Positions 38,664 through 53,125 are shown, numbered from the stretch's first letter. The stretch: DNA of 64,000 bases from Octopus vulgaris (GCA_951406725.2 OX597839.1:12958001-13022000), one strand, 5' to 3'. Numbers and translations are program-made. Notes: generated by a model not told the origin, from the letters alone.

Positions 38664-40223
38664 TTACATTATATTATTTATATTCCTTTTATATTTTATA
38701 TTCTTTTCTATTCCTTTTACGTATTTTTGTATCTTATATTCTTTGCAAGTACGTGTTTATGCATTTGTTGAACCACATACTTTCAACCCATTGATTGATC
38801 AAGTTATATAATCACTACTTGATCTGCAACCTAGTCTGCATTTGACAAGTGGCACACTGAGCGCCAATACAGGTCATGTATTCTAGGTGGAGGGTGTGGG
38901 TTTTGTCCAACACAAGCAAATTCTGCTGTAAACAAACTCATACTGTATGTCATTCAGTAACAACATGAAGACAAATGAAATTCAACAGTGACAAGGACAG
39001 TTGGATAAAGTCACTGGAGGCCTCTAGTTTGAGCTTTGCTCATATGACAGTCAGAAGAAGATGGCCATTCTGTGAAGCTTGTGTGCACAATTTCACAATC
39101 TGTGCCCCCTTCTTAATGACAAAGCAACCTATTTAGGATGGCATTGCTTTCCTTTGTGTGGAGAAGGGCTAGACAAGATACCCTAAAAATTGCTGGCTCA
39201 CAAAATCCTATGTGAGCAAGCAATTATACAGTAAATGACTGGACTTTCAACCATGCAGGCTCAGGTATGCTATGTCCAGTAAGTTCACCATCAATAATTC
39301 ACCACAGGAAAAGTCCACTGTCACCAATTCACCACAGGGAAAATTTATCGAAAGGTAAGTTCACCATCATCAACTCAGCACAGAGTAAGTTCACTGTCAT
39401 CAGTTCACCACAGCGTAAGGTTTTTTTTGTTTGTTTGTTCCTTCTAGAGCCATGCCTGGCTCATAAGGGCCAGTTTCCCAGTTTAGTGGCGTATAGGTTC
39501 CCCACCTGGACGGGACGCCGGTCCATCGCAGGTGAGCTGCAAGATGCAGGAGGAAAGAATGAGAGAAAGTTGTGGCGGAAGAGTCAGCAGAAGTTTCGCC
39601 ATTACCTTCTGCCGGAGCCGACCATGCAACAGGTTGTACTGGGTTACATGTTACCAGTAGTACTCAAAAGTGACCTGACATAATACATATATACAAGGAT
39701 ACATACATACATACATACATACACACATATAAACAAGGATACATACATACATACATACATACACACATATATACAAGGATACATACATACATACACACAT
39801 ATATACAATGATACATATATACATACATACACACATAAACAATATACAAGGATACATACATACATACATACATACATACATACATACATACAAGAATAAT
39901 ACATACATACATACATACATACATACATAAACACATACATAGATACATACAAACACACATACACATAATATATCTTTTTATCTTTTATCTGTTTATTTTT
40001 ATTTGTATTAGTCATTAGATTTAAGGTCATGCTGGGGCAACAACTTGAAGAAATTTTAGTTGAATGAATTGATCCCAGTACTTAAATTTTTTTTTGCTAA
40101 GCTTGGTACTTATTCTATCAATCTATTTTGCCGAACCACTAAGTTGCAGGGATGTAGTCACACCAACACCAGTTGTCAAGCAGTGATGGGTAACAAACAT
40201 GGACACAAAGACATACACACACA

Positions 40224-40280
<57 letters not shown>

Positions 40281-41712
40281 ATACGATGGGCTTTTTTTCA
40301 GTTTACATCCGTCAAATTCACTCACAAGGCTTTGGTCACCTTGAGGCTAAAGTAGCAGACATTTGCTAAAGTGTCCACTCAGCTTGCAAAAATGAGTTGT
40401 CACCACATTCTGAGTCATGCTGAATCTCCCCTAGGACTACATTATATTGTTTATATTCCTTTTATATTTTATATTCTTTTCTATTCCTTTTACGTATTTT
40501 TGTATCTTATATTCTTTGCAAGTACGTGTTTATGCATTTGTTGAACCACATACTTTCAACCCATTGATTGATCAAGTTATATAATCACTACTTGATCTGC
40601 AACCTAGTCTGCATTTGACAAGTGGCACACTGAGCGCCAATACAGGTCATGTATTCTAGGTGGAGGGTGTGGGTTTTGTCCAACACAAGCAAATTCTGCT
40701 GTAAACAAACTCATACTGTATGTCATTCAGTAACAACATGAAGACAAATGAAATTCAACAGTGACAAGGACAGTTGGATAAAGTCACTGGAGGCCTCTAG
40801 TTTGAGCTTTGCTCATATGACAGTCAGAAGAAGATGGCCATTCTGTGAAGCTTGTGTGCACAATTTCACAATCTGTGCCCCCTTCTTAACGACAAAGCAA
40901 CCTATTTAGGATGGCATTGCTTTCCTTTGTGTGGAGAAGGGCTAGACAAGATACCCTAAAAATTGCTGGCTCACAAAATCCTGTGTGAGTAAGCAATTAT
41001 ACAGTAAATGACTGGACTTTCAACCATGCAGGCTCAGGTATGCTATGTCCAGTAAGTTCACCATCAATAATTCACCACAGGAAAAGTCCACTGTCACCAA
41101 TTCACCACAGGGAAAATTTATCGAAAGGTAAGTTCACCATCATCAACTCAGCACAGAGTAAGTTCACTGTCATCAGTTCACCACAGCGTAAGGTTTTTTT
41201 GTTTGTTTGTTCCTTCTAGAGCCATGCCTGGCTCATAAGGGCCAGTTTCCCAGTTTAGTGGCGTATAGGTTCCCCACCTGGACGGGACGCCGGTCCATCG
41301 CAGGTGAGCTGCAAGATGCAGGAGGAAAGAATGAGAGAAAGTTGTGGCGGAAGAGTCAGCAGAAGTTTCGCCATTACCTTCTGCCGGAGCCGACCATGCA
41401 ACAGGTTGTACTGGGTTACATGTTACCAGTAGTACTCAAAAGTGACCTGACATAATACATATATACAAGGATACATACATACATACATACATACACACAT
41501 ATAAACAAGGATACATACATACATACATACATACACACATATATACAAGGATACATACATACATACACACATATATACAATGATACATATATACATACAT
41601 ACACACATAAACAATATACAAGGATACATACATACATACATACATACATACATACATACATACATACATACAAGAATACATACATACATACATACATACA
41701 TAAACACATACA
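38664..41712 (+). repeat. Near-identical ~1.28-kb direct duplication (38664-39945 vs 40437-41712), offset ~1773 bp
   Basis: Sequence identical apart from a few SNVs (ttaatgac/ttaacgac; cctatgtgagc/cctgtgtgagt) and microsatellite length. Confidence 0.9.
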
Positions 41713-43715
41713 TAGGCTCAGGTATGCTATGTCCAGTAAGTTCACCACCAATAATTCACCACAGGGAAAGTCCACTGTCACCAATTCACCACAGTCGATT
41801 ACATTGACCACAGTGCGTATCTGGTACTTAATTTATTGACCCTGAAAGGATGAAAGGCAAAGTCAACCTCGGTGGAATTTGAACTCTGAACATAATGGCA
41901 GACAAAATACCACTAAGCATTTTGCCCAGTGTGCTAACATTTCTGCCAGCTCACAGGAAAGCTCATTATCATCAATTCAGTGCAAGGTAAGTTCACTATT
42001 ATTAATTCACCGCAAGGAAAATTCACTGTAAGGAATATTTGTGTGTTTTTTTTTCAATAAAATAGTTTGCAACTATTTATGGTGAGATACTATGGATATA
42101 TTTTCTTGCTAAACTTTCCTCACAGTAAACTTTCCTCCTAATCAACTTTCTTCATGGTGAATTGATGGCAGTGAACACTCCTACAATGAAATGATGATGG
42201 TGACCCTACCTGTAATCAAGGTATGGATGTGTGGTAATCAAATTCACTTCGTAAAAGTGTGATTTTTGTTTCCATCCCACGTCATATACCTATCTATTTG
42301 TGTAGGAGGGTGTGTAAATGTATGCCCATGTGCAGGTGTGCATATCCTCATATGACGCTGTTTGGGTGTTGCTGAAATCATACTTACATAAGCGATATGT
42401 TCTGCATATGTTTTGTGGCTCAGCAGTTTCAACTGGGGAAGGCCTTAGAAATAACATACCTTTCTTGAAAAACAGGTAAGACCTGAGGAGAGGAGTGGTG
42501 TCTGGCAGCGGAATACCGTCAGAATAAGTTTTGTCCAACCTATGACGGCATGAATCAGAAATGAATGTAATGACAATAACAAGACTTGTGTGTGTGTGTG
42601 TGTAATGTTCTTGCATTCAAAGCACACAATGTAAATTGAATTGAATCGTGAGTGTAAAATCTTGGGGAAAGGACTGGAATCTAGACACTAAAGAGAATCT
42701 TTTGAATGTGGAATCCCACAATGTTACAGATCACTGACTGAAACCAGAGTAAAGGGTTAAAAAAATATTTTATATATATATACACATATGTGTATGTATA
42801 TATATATACACGCACACACACACATATATATGTGGTCTGATCAATAAGTATCCGGACTGTTGCCATAGTAACAAAGCTAAAACATGCAGAGTGAAGCCTC
42901 TTGGCACGGATCGACCTTGAACTCTACTGTGCATGCACACTACATTTTAACATTCTAGCTCACTTCTGTTTACAGCAGTACTTGGAAGGAAGGTGTGTAG
43001 TGTGTGATATATATATATGTATATGTGTTTGTGTATATATATGTATTTCAGAGCTATAATGGAAGTGACAAAGGAGCATATTTGACATATTTTGCTTTAT
43101 GAGTTTATGTTCAGAGCCATCCTCAGCATTCTCATGTGGTAAGAAGCTTGCTTCCCAGTCCCATACTTCTGGATTCAGTCCCATTGTGCTAAGTTACGGG
43201 GACCTAAACACACCAACATTGGTTGTCAAGGGAAGACACTTGCCCAAGGTTCCACACAGTAGGACTGAACCTGGAACCATGTGGTTAGGAAGCAAGCTTT
43301 TTACCACACAACCATGCCTGTGCTTTACCTTTTATCTTTAACTTGTTTCAGTCAATAGACTGCAGCCATGCTGGAGCACTGCTTTGAAGGGTTATAGATG
43401 AATGAATCAACCCCTGTATTTAATATAAATTTTTTTTCTTATTTCGAACCTGGTAATTTTTTTACCAGACTCTTACATTATACTGCTCAGTTACTGGATG
43501 TAAACAAAGCAACACTGGTTGTCAAAGTTAGTGGGGGACAGACACACATGCACACACACATATACATGACATGCTTCTCAGTTTCCATTTACCAAATCCA
43601 CTCGCAAGGCATGGCATTGGTTGGCTTGTGTTTATTGTAGAAGACACTTGCCTATGGCACCATTCTGAAAGACTGAACATGGAACTATGTACATATGTAT
43701 ATTTATATATATGCA

Positions 43716-43767
<52 letters not shown>

Positions 43768-43768
<1 letters not shown>

Positions 43769-44131
43769 TAGCACTATGACCCAGCAACGCTGGGTCATAG
43801 TGCTAGTGCATGCATATACAGCTGCGTGTGTGCACACATACACGCAAGTAGTGTCCAATCTCCGACCCACATACAGCTAGCTGGCATTCAATTGGTGTAT
43901 CAAGTTTCGGGCATTTTGATTGGGTTTTGGATAGAAAATTCCCAAAAAAGTCACTTCTATTGACTTTTTAATGGCTTTGCGGAGTGACTGGGGAAATGTA
44001 AAGATGTGCACGACCACCCTTGGACGGTTTTGGATGACCATTGAAAGTGTAAGCCCTCTAACTGAAAAATTGTTGATTTGTATAAAGGACACGCACGCAG
44101 ACAGACATTTTGCCGTTTATATTTATAGAGA
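43768..44131 (-). mobile_element. Non-autonomous Helitron-type element
   Basis: Minus strand starts TC (tctctataaatataaa) and ends CTAG, between A and T, with a terminal hairpin. Confidence 0.75.
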
Positions 44132-44314
44132 TATATGTAAAAGGGCACTCAATGCATTAAGTATGAGTTACATGTATTATTCAGTTCTATGTGATTTAAA
44201 GTTTCACAGGCCTCACAGGCTTCTCTTAGAAGCCAACGAAACTGTAAATCGCATAGAGCTGAATCAAACTGTTTTTAATTATATAAATATATCATGTATG
44301 TATGTATGTATGTG

Positions 44315-44351
<37 letters not shown>

Positions 44352-44353
<2 letters not shown>

Positions 44354-44685
44354 CAATTGCAGCGTGGAAGGTATTTATAAGCCATTTAAGAAACACAAAA
44401 ACCATTAGATTCACTTCAACATATAAATTTAATTTGTCAAAATATTTTCGTCGCTTTCAAACCATGACCTGTTCACTGACAAAACTTTGTGCTGCATCAC
44501 GAAGTTTTGTTAGTAACAGGTCACGGTCTCAAAGCAACGAAAATATTTTGACAAATTAAACTTAAATGTTGAAGTGAATCTAACGTTTTTTGTGTGTTTC
44601 TTAAATGGCTTATAAACACCTTCCACGCTGCAATTGTTTTCGTTCCAGCACACGATCTCAGATCAAGTCACTCGTTATGCAAGTA

Positions 44686-44784
<99 letters not shown>

Positions 44785-44990
44785 CAGATGCAGCATGGAT
44801 TTTTGTCAGTGAACGGGTCGCGGATTTTAGCAACGAAAATATTTTGACAAATTAAACTTAAATGTTGAAGTGAATCGAACAGCTTTTGTGTGTTTCTTAA
44901 ATGGCTTACAAACACCTTCCACGCTGCAATTGTTTTCGTTCCAGCACACGATCTCAGATCAAATCACTTGCTATGCGAGTACATCTCCGT
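44352..44990. mobile_element. Head-to-head inverted pair (44352-44638) plus a third direct copy (44783-44990) of an HHR-bearing element
   Basis: Arms of ~137 bp; the third copy follows (CT)n(TA)n; all are TA-flanked. Confidence 0.9.
44433..44483 (-). ncRNA. Hammerhead-like motif, G3-C8 variant (+1G)
   Basis: uuuguca GUGAACA G gucau..gcgac GAAA AUAU U U ugacaaa, with a 7-bp stem I and AAUAUU palindrome. Copies at 44505-44555 and 44802-44851 (+). Confidence 0.55.
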
Positions 44991-45341
44991 AATATATATA
45001 TATTTATATATATATGTATGTATGTATATATATGTATGTATTTATTTATGTGTGTGTGTCTTTGTTTGCACCCCCCCCCCCAATATCGCTTGACTACCGA
45101 TGGTGGTGTGTTTATGTCCCCGTAACTTAACGGTTCAGCAAAAGAGACCGATAGAATAAGTACTAGGCTTCCGAAGAATAAATCCTGGGGACGATTTGCT
45201 CGACTAAAAATAACGGTGCTCCAGCATGGCCACAGTCAAATGACTGAAACAATTAAAAGAGTATACATATACACACATATATATGTATATATTGTAACTC
45301 GATAATAATATTTGGCATTTTATGATATTTTATATAATATA

Positions 45342-47004
45342 CTAGCAGTATCGCCTGGCGTTGCTCGGGTTTGTTTCGACCCGCTGGAATTGTAATTTTG
45401 AAAAGTAAAAATTTTGTGAACATTTTTCTGGTCGAAATACACCGAAAAGTGGCGACACAGCAGTGAAAAAATCGTAAAAAATAGGGATTTTCATAGAAAA
45501 AAGCATCTTTTTGATGTAAATAATTTTTGGTGTTAACATGGTCTGATTTGAATTTTATGTTCTACGGAAGGAAGAGCAACCCTTCTTCTACCATACTCTC
45601 AATTTTGGTCAACTGGCGCCGCAGGGTCTCGGAGGAGATAGTGTTAGTTGAAGGTTACCATTCTAGGTGCCTGAGTAACAACCTCGCGGATTTACAGATA
45701 AATGAATTAATTACTATTTTACAGAATAAAATTAAATAATTCTTGAAAATTAATTAATATTAATATTTTTTGAACAAAGTAAATAATTTTTAAAACTTAA
45801 ATAATAATTTTTTTTACACAAACGCGAACGGGGAAAAGGGGGTGGCGAATTCGATTTACATACCTAAATTTTTTCTTTTTCATGACATTGTAGCAAAATA
45901 GTAGTGAATTATATAAATACCAGCAGTACATTTTTTTTTTCTGGGTTATTTTTTTTCAACCTCGTCACATATTTGCCCCTTTCAATTTAAACAAAGTCTT
46001 AATTAAGCAATTACGGCAGCTTAGCAATGGTTTCAATACAGGCGTGACATGTGTATCTCAATTGTTCAAAACCCTTCGAATTTTTTCGCACGTGATGATA
46101 TCATAGTGAAAACTTTCAATTACGCGCTTAGAAGTACGCTGGCAAATTAATACTACCAAAATTTTGAAGTTCGCGCTCCGCTTGTGTGTGTGTGTGTGTG
46201 CTTTAGGTGTACGTAGGTATGTGTTTTTGTGTGTGTGTGTCACTGAAGCCATACATACATATATACATACATAACCTATCTCTCTCTTTTCTCTCTCAGT
46301 CACTCACTACAAAAAGTGAATAAAAAAAGTTCAGTTATTTCTGTCTTTCACTCTGTCTCTCTCTTTACACACACTAACAAAAGCACTTCACTTACACACC
46401 ACACTTTCTGTGTCGCACAACCCATCAAACACACACACACACACACACACTCACGCACGCACGCACACATGTACATCAATGCTTTCGGAGTGAAATGTTA
46501 AAATATTGAGTTTTCTCGAATTTTGTCTTAATTGGGGGTGAAATTGAAAGAAATATATTATGGCATGACGGAATGGAGTACTTTGAAAAATCTTAGGTAA
46601 ACTCTAATTGAAGAAATTGTGTGAGGAGTAAATCGTTATGTATTTATTTGTTTCTGTTTGCTGTGTTTTTTTATTTTTGAGTAGTGGTTTAAATACTTTC
46701 AGTTTAGTCTTCCTCAAATCATTCTGTCGCTATTTACTTTCATTTTATTCGTTGCACACTGTGTGTGTGCGTGTGCGTGTGGTGTAAACCACATTAAGAA
46801 AAGCATTTGACATACACACCAGAATGTGAGTTTTCTGTAAATTTTGCTTAATTGGAGTTTAAATTTTAAAAACTGGACCTGGCATGACCCGATGCATTCT
46901 ACTCTTAAAAATGCTAGATAAATTGTAATTGAAGAAATCCTATATTGTAGATTTCTATAAGTTACAAAGGGAGGCAGATAAAATCTGCCTTTTATAATAA
47001 GAGA
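45342..47004 (-). mobile_element. Non-autonomous Helitron-type element, 1.66 kb
   Basis: Minus strand 5' TC (tctcttattataaaaggcagattttatctgcc) and 3' ccgagcaacgccaggcgatactgCTAG, between A and T. Confidence 0.75.
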
Positions 47005-47601
47005 TTCATTGAAAAAATATCTCTTCAAAATATATTAAACCAGTGTATCATGGATAAAAATATCCCTATAAGAGGTTTAAATCCCCTCATTATGACTATG
47101 TATGTATGTATGTATGTATGTATGTATGTATGTACATATGTATATATGCATGCATGTATGCTATTCTCTTCAAGATAATGTGTATACATGAATGAATGAA
47201 TGAATATGTGGATGCAACATATGAATGAATGAATAAGATGTATGCATGCATGTATGAACGTTGGTAGTAGTAGTAGTAGTAGTAGTGTGTCACAAATCTA
47301 TTATATTTATATACCAGCAGTGTAGATCAATTAGTGCGTAACTTCCCTTATTATAGGGGCCTCCATGGTTGGATTGGTAGGGACTGCAGATTTACTATAC
47401 TTATGCCCTACTAACCTGTTACACCCTGGCACAGTTAGACAGTCAATTATATCAACACCCCGACCCCACCCTTGTACTAATTTCTGTGGGATTTGACCTC
47501 AGAACGTAGAGAACTGTGACAAATGCTATATCGAATTTCCTCTGCCTAGATATGTGCTTGTGTGTGTGTGTGTATAAGTAATAGATAGAATTAGTCTAAT
47601 A

Positions 47602-48374
47602 TAAGGGTTCTCAACCATTTTTTATCTATGCACCCCTCCCATTTTACTTTGGTGAACCCCCATATCCATTTAACCCTTTCGTTACTGTATTTATTTTGAG
47701 ATGCTCTGTGTTTCTTTCAATTACTTTAAATATAACAAAGAATTTAATAAAATAACTTAGTTATCATTAAGCTAATGTTAGGAACATAAATTGTGACTAA
47801 GGTTTGGTGGAAGATTTTAATTCGAAACTTATGAAAACAAGATATTTGTACTCAGTGCCAGAGCCAGTTTCAGCCGGGTTGGTAACGAAAAGGTTAATGT
47901 TTAAAAACTAGTTTTATAGGAACTTCTTTCAAAATTTCTATTTTGTTTTCCACCCATTAACTTGTGTAGGTTGAACTATGTAAAACGTCTGAGAAAGAAA
48001 CCTTGCTGTTTCTTGAAATAAAAATCAAAACATACATCTAAAGCAAAATTTCTTTGGGTTCTCAACCATTTTTTATCTATAGACCACTTTGAATGCTGTT
48101 TTATTCTTGTGGTCCCCATAGACATTCAATGTTTAAAAACTAGTTTAATAGAGACTTAGTTCAAAATTCCTATTTTATTTTTCATCCATTGACTTGTGTA
48201 GTTGAATTTATATAAAATGTGAGAGAAAGAAACCTATCTGTTTCTTGCAATACATACCAATGCATACATCTAAAGCAAAATTTTTTCATGGTCACTTAAA
48301 ATACTATTGTGAATCGACAAAAATCTTATGTGGACTATCAGGGGGCCATATAGGACCCTGGTTGAGAACCACTG
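47602..48374 (+). mobile_element. hAT-type MITE with internal duplication and nested TTAA MITE
   Basis: ggttctcaacc / ggttgagaaccactg TIRs; degenerate 8-bp TSD gtctaata/gtcttatt. Confidence 0.7.
47670..47897 (+). mobile_element. piggyBac-like MITE, family 2, intact
   Basis: TTAA-ccctttcgttac ... gtaacgaaaagg-TTAA. Confidence 0.85.
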
Positions 48375-48490
48375 GTCTTATTGATGATAAATTGAAAAAT
48401 GCAAAGACAGATATTTAGCTTGATAGAAAGTAAGACATACATTATCTCGAAAAGATATGCATGTTTGAATGCATGTGTACATATATGTGT

Positions 48491-48536
<46 letters not shown>

Positions 48537-48728
48537 GAATTATATGGTTAATGGACAATATGTCCAATTTTTCGGCATATTTGGCATTAGAAATTTTTTT
48601 CCTTTGCCCTCATTTATGAATTGTTTATAAATTTAACCGTTAAAGGTATTTTTTAATATGCTGGCCATTGATAAAATTTTTTTAGAGAAAATATTTTTTT
48701 TCGAAAAGAATTTTATCCTCACATTTGA

Positions 48729-48759
<31 letters not shown>

Positions 48760-49171
48760 TAATAGATAAAACATATGCATATATACATACATATATGTAC
48801 ATACCTACATCTATATGTATATATACATGCATATATGAGTACAGGACACCACAAATAAACGTAGAACACAACAAGAAACGAAAACATAAAATCAAACAAG
48901 GAAACAGACTTTTTTTAACAACGAAAAAACAGAGTACAAGACAAACAATACAAGGAACATTCCCCTTCTTCAGCTGCTCCTGTTTTGACTCAATGCGTGT
49001 TTCGAAATATATATATATAGGTGCACGTATAGCTGTGTGGTAAGAAGCTTGCTTCCTAACCACATGGTTCTGGATTCAGTCCCACGCAGTGAGACTATGG
49101 GCAAGTATCATCTACTATACCCTCAAGCCAACCAAAGCCATGTGGCCATAATATATGAAAGAAGGCCATAA

Positions 49172-49213
<42 letters not shown>

Positions 49214-49217
<4 letters not shown>

Positions 49218-50420
49218 CTAACTGGGAATGTAGGCTAACTGGGAAGATAGTTTTTGTATGTGGCAGATGCTCGGGAGCATTGACCTCCGAAAATCTGCAG
49301 AAAACAACTTCCGTCACTTTCCAGGGGGAAAAACTAGAAGTAGTTGATAGCTTCCGTTATCTGGATGACCAAGTCAGTAGTGAGGGTGGGTGCGCTGAAA
49401 GTGTAACTGCTAGAATAAGAATAGCCTGGGCAAAGTTTAGGGAGCTCTTACCTCTGCTGGTGACTAAAGACCTCTCACTCAGAGTAAAAAGCAGACTGTA
49501 TGATGCATGTGTACGAACAGCCATGCTACATGGCAGTGAAACATGGGCCGTGACTGCTGAGGACATGCGTAAGCTCGTGAGGAATGAAGCCAGTATGCTC
49601 CGATGGATGTGTAATGTCAGTGTACCTACTCGACAGAGCATTAGTACCTTGAGAGAAATGTTGTACCTAAGAAGCATCAGTTGTGGTGTGCAAGAAAGAC
49701 GATTGCGCTGGTATGGTCATGTGGCGAGAATGGATGAAGATAGGTGTGTGAGAAAGTGCCAATCCCTAGCAGTTGAGGGAACCCGTGGAAGAGGTAGACC
49801 CAGGAAAACCTGGGACGAGATGGTGAAGCACGACCTTCGAACTTTAGGCCTCACTGAGGAAATGACCAGCAACCGAGACCTTTGGAAATATGCTGTACGT
49901 GAGAAGACCAGGCAGGACAAGTGAGCCCAGCCCACTTATGCATGCCTTTCCTCCCTTGGACACAAAGACCTGTTGAGGCAAGCGAAGTCGATATAGAACC
50001 TCATCTGACGACAGGCACTCATGCCAACCCCCTTTGCTTGCGAAGACATGTTGGGGCAAGCGAAATCGAAATGAACCAGCCAGGATCCCTGGTCTGGTGG
50101 TACGTAAAAAGCACTATCCGACTCGTGGCCGAGGCCAGCGCCGCCTTGATTGGCTTCCGTGCCGGTGGCACGTAAAATACACCAATCTGACCGTGGCCGT
50201 TGCCAGCCTCACCTGGCACCTGTGCAGGTGGCACGTAAAAAGCACCCACTACACTCACGGAGTGGTTGGCGCTAGGAAGGGCATCCAGCTGTAGAAACAT
50301 TGCCAGATAAGACTGGAGCCTGGTGCAGCCTTCTGGCTTTCCAGATCCCCGGTCAAACCGTCCAACCCATGCTAGCATGGAGAACGGACGTTAAACGATG
50401 ATGATGATGATGATGATGAT
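49214..50420 (+). mobile_element. 5'-truncated RTE LINE (RT C-terminal ORF 49280-49924, 3' UTR, (GAT)n tail)
   Basis: LEVVDSFRYL...RIRIAWAKFREL...LYDACVRTAMLHGSETW...LRWYGHVARM...RGRGRPRKTW. Lies between the 5' and 3' halves of a SINE-A. Confidence 0.92.
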
Positions 50421-50664
50421 ATATATGTATGTATGTATGTATATATATTTATGCATTGTGTGTGTCTTTGTCCCCACCATCACTGTTTGACAACTGCTTT
50501 TGACGTATTTATGTACCCATAACTTCGTGGTTCAGCGAAAGGGATTGACAGAATAAGTACTAGGTTTAAGAATTAAGTCCTGGGGTCGATTTGTTCAACT
50601 AAAACCCTTCAAGTTAGTGCTCCAGCATAGCTGAAGTCAAATGAGTGAAAGAATAAAAGAATCT

Positions 50665-50695
<31 letters not shown>

Positions 50696-51263
50696 AATTT
50701 TGTTGTGTCTTGGGAGAGTCATTATGCCAATAACAACACAGACACAGGTGCAGTTCTACTTCTTGATTATTAATCAAATGGTTAAATATCTAAGCAACTA
50801 ACTAATTGATTCTTTGTTTTATCTAACACAGTTCTTTTGTTGCTGTTCACAACTTTTCAGTGACCCTTGACTCTCTACTCGCTCTAAGGCTTGCAGAGAA
50901 AATCTGTGTATATATATATATATATATATAGGTGTGTGAGTGTGCATGTGCATGTGTGTATGTATGTATGTGTATGTAGTGTGTGTTTGTTTTGGTGTCT
51001 GTATTTTCCCCCCACCCCACCATCGTTGCTTGACAACCAGGTGTTGGTGTGTTTAGGGCCTCATCACTTAGTGGTTTAGCAAACGAGGCCAATAGAAGAA
51101 GTACAAGGCTTAAAAAAAGTCCTGGAGTTGATTTGCTCAACTAAAACCCTTCAAAGTGGTGCTCTAGCCTGGCTGCAGTCAACTGACCGAAATAAGTAAA
51201 AGTATATACATACATACATACATACATACATAAATACATACATACATACATACATACATACAT

Positions 51264-51368
<105 letters not shown>

Positions 51369-51414
51369 TACATACATATATATATATATATATATTTTTT
51401 ATATTAAACACCGG

Positions 51415-51566
51415 GCATTACCATACCTTGATAAATTACTGCCTCAAGCTTGGAGGGACTCTAAAAGTCAAAACTACCATAATAAACACATTGTACAATG
51501 TGTTTATTATGGTAGTTTTGACTTTAAGAGTCCCTCTTAGCATGAGGCATTTATGTATAGTAATGC
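51415..51566. repeat. Spacer-less palindrome centred on TGTACA (51494/51495)
   Basis: Perfect 31-bp arms at 51464-51525, extending with mismatches to about 75 bp. Confidence 0.9.
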
Positions 51567-52683
51567 TCTTAATATAAATAGATATATTTAAAGGGAATAA
51601 TTAATAAATTAACAACATTTTTCCCTTAAGAGGTTATTTCATGCTAACTACTTGATAATTTCTTATAAAGATTTTATCCTATTTTTAAATTATATATATA
51701 TAGTTCACGGATGACATCCAGATATTCTTCATAAAGAAGACACTTAGTAGTGCTCAAAAGATTCACACTTATACTCCGATGTCTTCACAAGGGATCATTC
51801 CACAAGGTAAAGAAAGACTATAAGAGGGATCTGATTGAGTGGGTATAGAACCAGTTATAAACAAACTAGACACATCAAACTAGACGCATCAAATATATTA
51901 AATACAATATATATATATATGTGTGTGTATACATGCAGAAGCGGAGAAAGCAAAAGTGGAATCTTTCAGAAGATGGATTTTTGTGTATAAATATAAATAA
52001 TAATAAGAAATGGCCCCTTTTAAAGCCTAGCCAGGCTCATGGGCCTGGTTTCAATGGCGTATGGCTGGGTGTGATGCCAGTCCATTGTAGCATTACTCAT
52101 TTTTGCCAGCTGAGTGAACTGGAGCAACGTGAAGTGAAGTGTTTTGCTCAAGAACACAACGCGTCACCCAGTCCAGGAATCGAAACCACAATCTTGCGAT
52201 CATGATGCTGACACCCTACCCACTAAGCCACACACCTCCACGTGTATAAATATATAGATATTTATATGAAAACGTCCAACTTACACAGAGTACAAACAAC
52301 AGAAAAAATTAAAAGGATGGAAGAAAAGTGTTATAAATTCAGTAGCTGTTTCTGGGGCCTTCATGATCCATCATTAATGATGGTAGATTTAGTTCATCAC
52401 AAAATGGGGTGGTGTGGATGCAGTCAGTATAGGGTAAGATGTGACTAAGATCTAAGACTATCAAATCCACTCACAAGGCTTTGGTTGTCCCAAGCCTATA
52501 TTAGAAGACACTTGCCCAACGTGCTACGCAGTGGGACTGAACCCAGAACCATGTGGTTGGTAAGCAAGCTACTTACCCCAAAGCCACTCCTGTGCCTATG
52601 TATATTTATATATATATATAAACACAACAACGCGAGGACGTGGAACAAATATAGTATTATTGGACGCTCAGGGAAGAAGGAGG

Positions 52684-52718
52684 ATTTAACGTTTCGGGCG
52701 GAGCTCTTCTTCGGAAAC
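52684..52718 (-). ncRNA. Minimal hammerhead-like motif (U4C, +1A)
   Basis: guuu CCGAAGA A GAGC ucc GCCC GAAA CG U U aaau in TA-flanked element 52620-52770. Confidence 0.5.
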
Positions 52719-52765
52719 ATAGGAGGAAAGATCCAGAGAAGGGAAGACAAAGGTACACACACGGT

Positions 52766-52812
<47 letters not shown>

Positions 52813-53070
52813 TTTTACATTTCAGATCTTAATGCAGAGAAGTTGGAAGATGGATGTTGTTATACACCATTAGTCACAGTGTGCTTACTCACATAGGTTT
52901 AGCTTTTGAATGGTGCCACTCCAGTGGCTAGGTAGGAAGGGCAACACACCTTCTGGACAGAAAGCTAGTACGTCAAAGGGTCACGCATTTGCAGCTGAGT
53001 GGACTGGAATAATGGGAAATAAAGTATTTTTGCAACTGTGAGAGCAACACATTAATCACTAGGCTATATG

Positions 53071-53125
<55 letters not shown>

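Noticed and set aside
39270-39420. ~28-bp periodic repeats resembling a CRISPR array
   Set aside because: No unique spacers, degenerate units and eukaryotic context; these are subrepeats of a MITE-like element.
52335-52385. Minus-strand ttaatga-tgg...cca-GAAA-cagc motif
   Set aside because: Core and stems are too degenerate to call.
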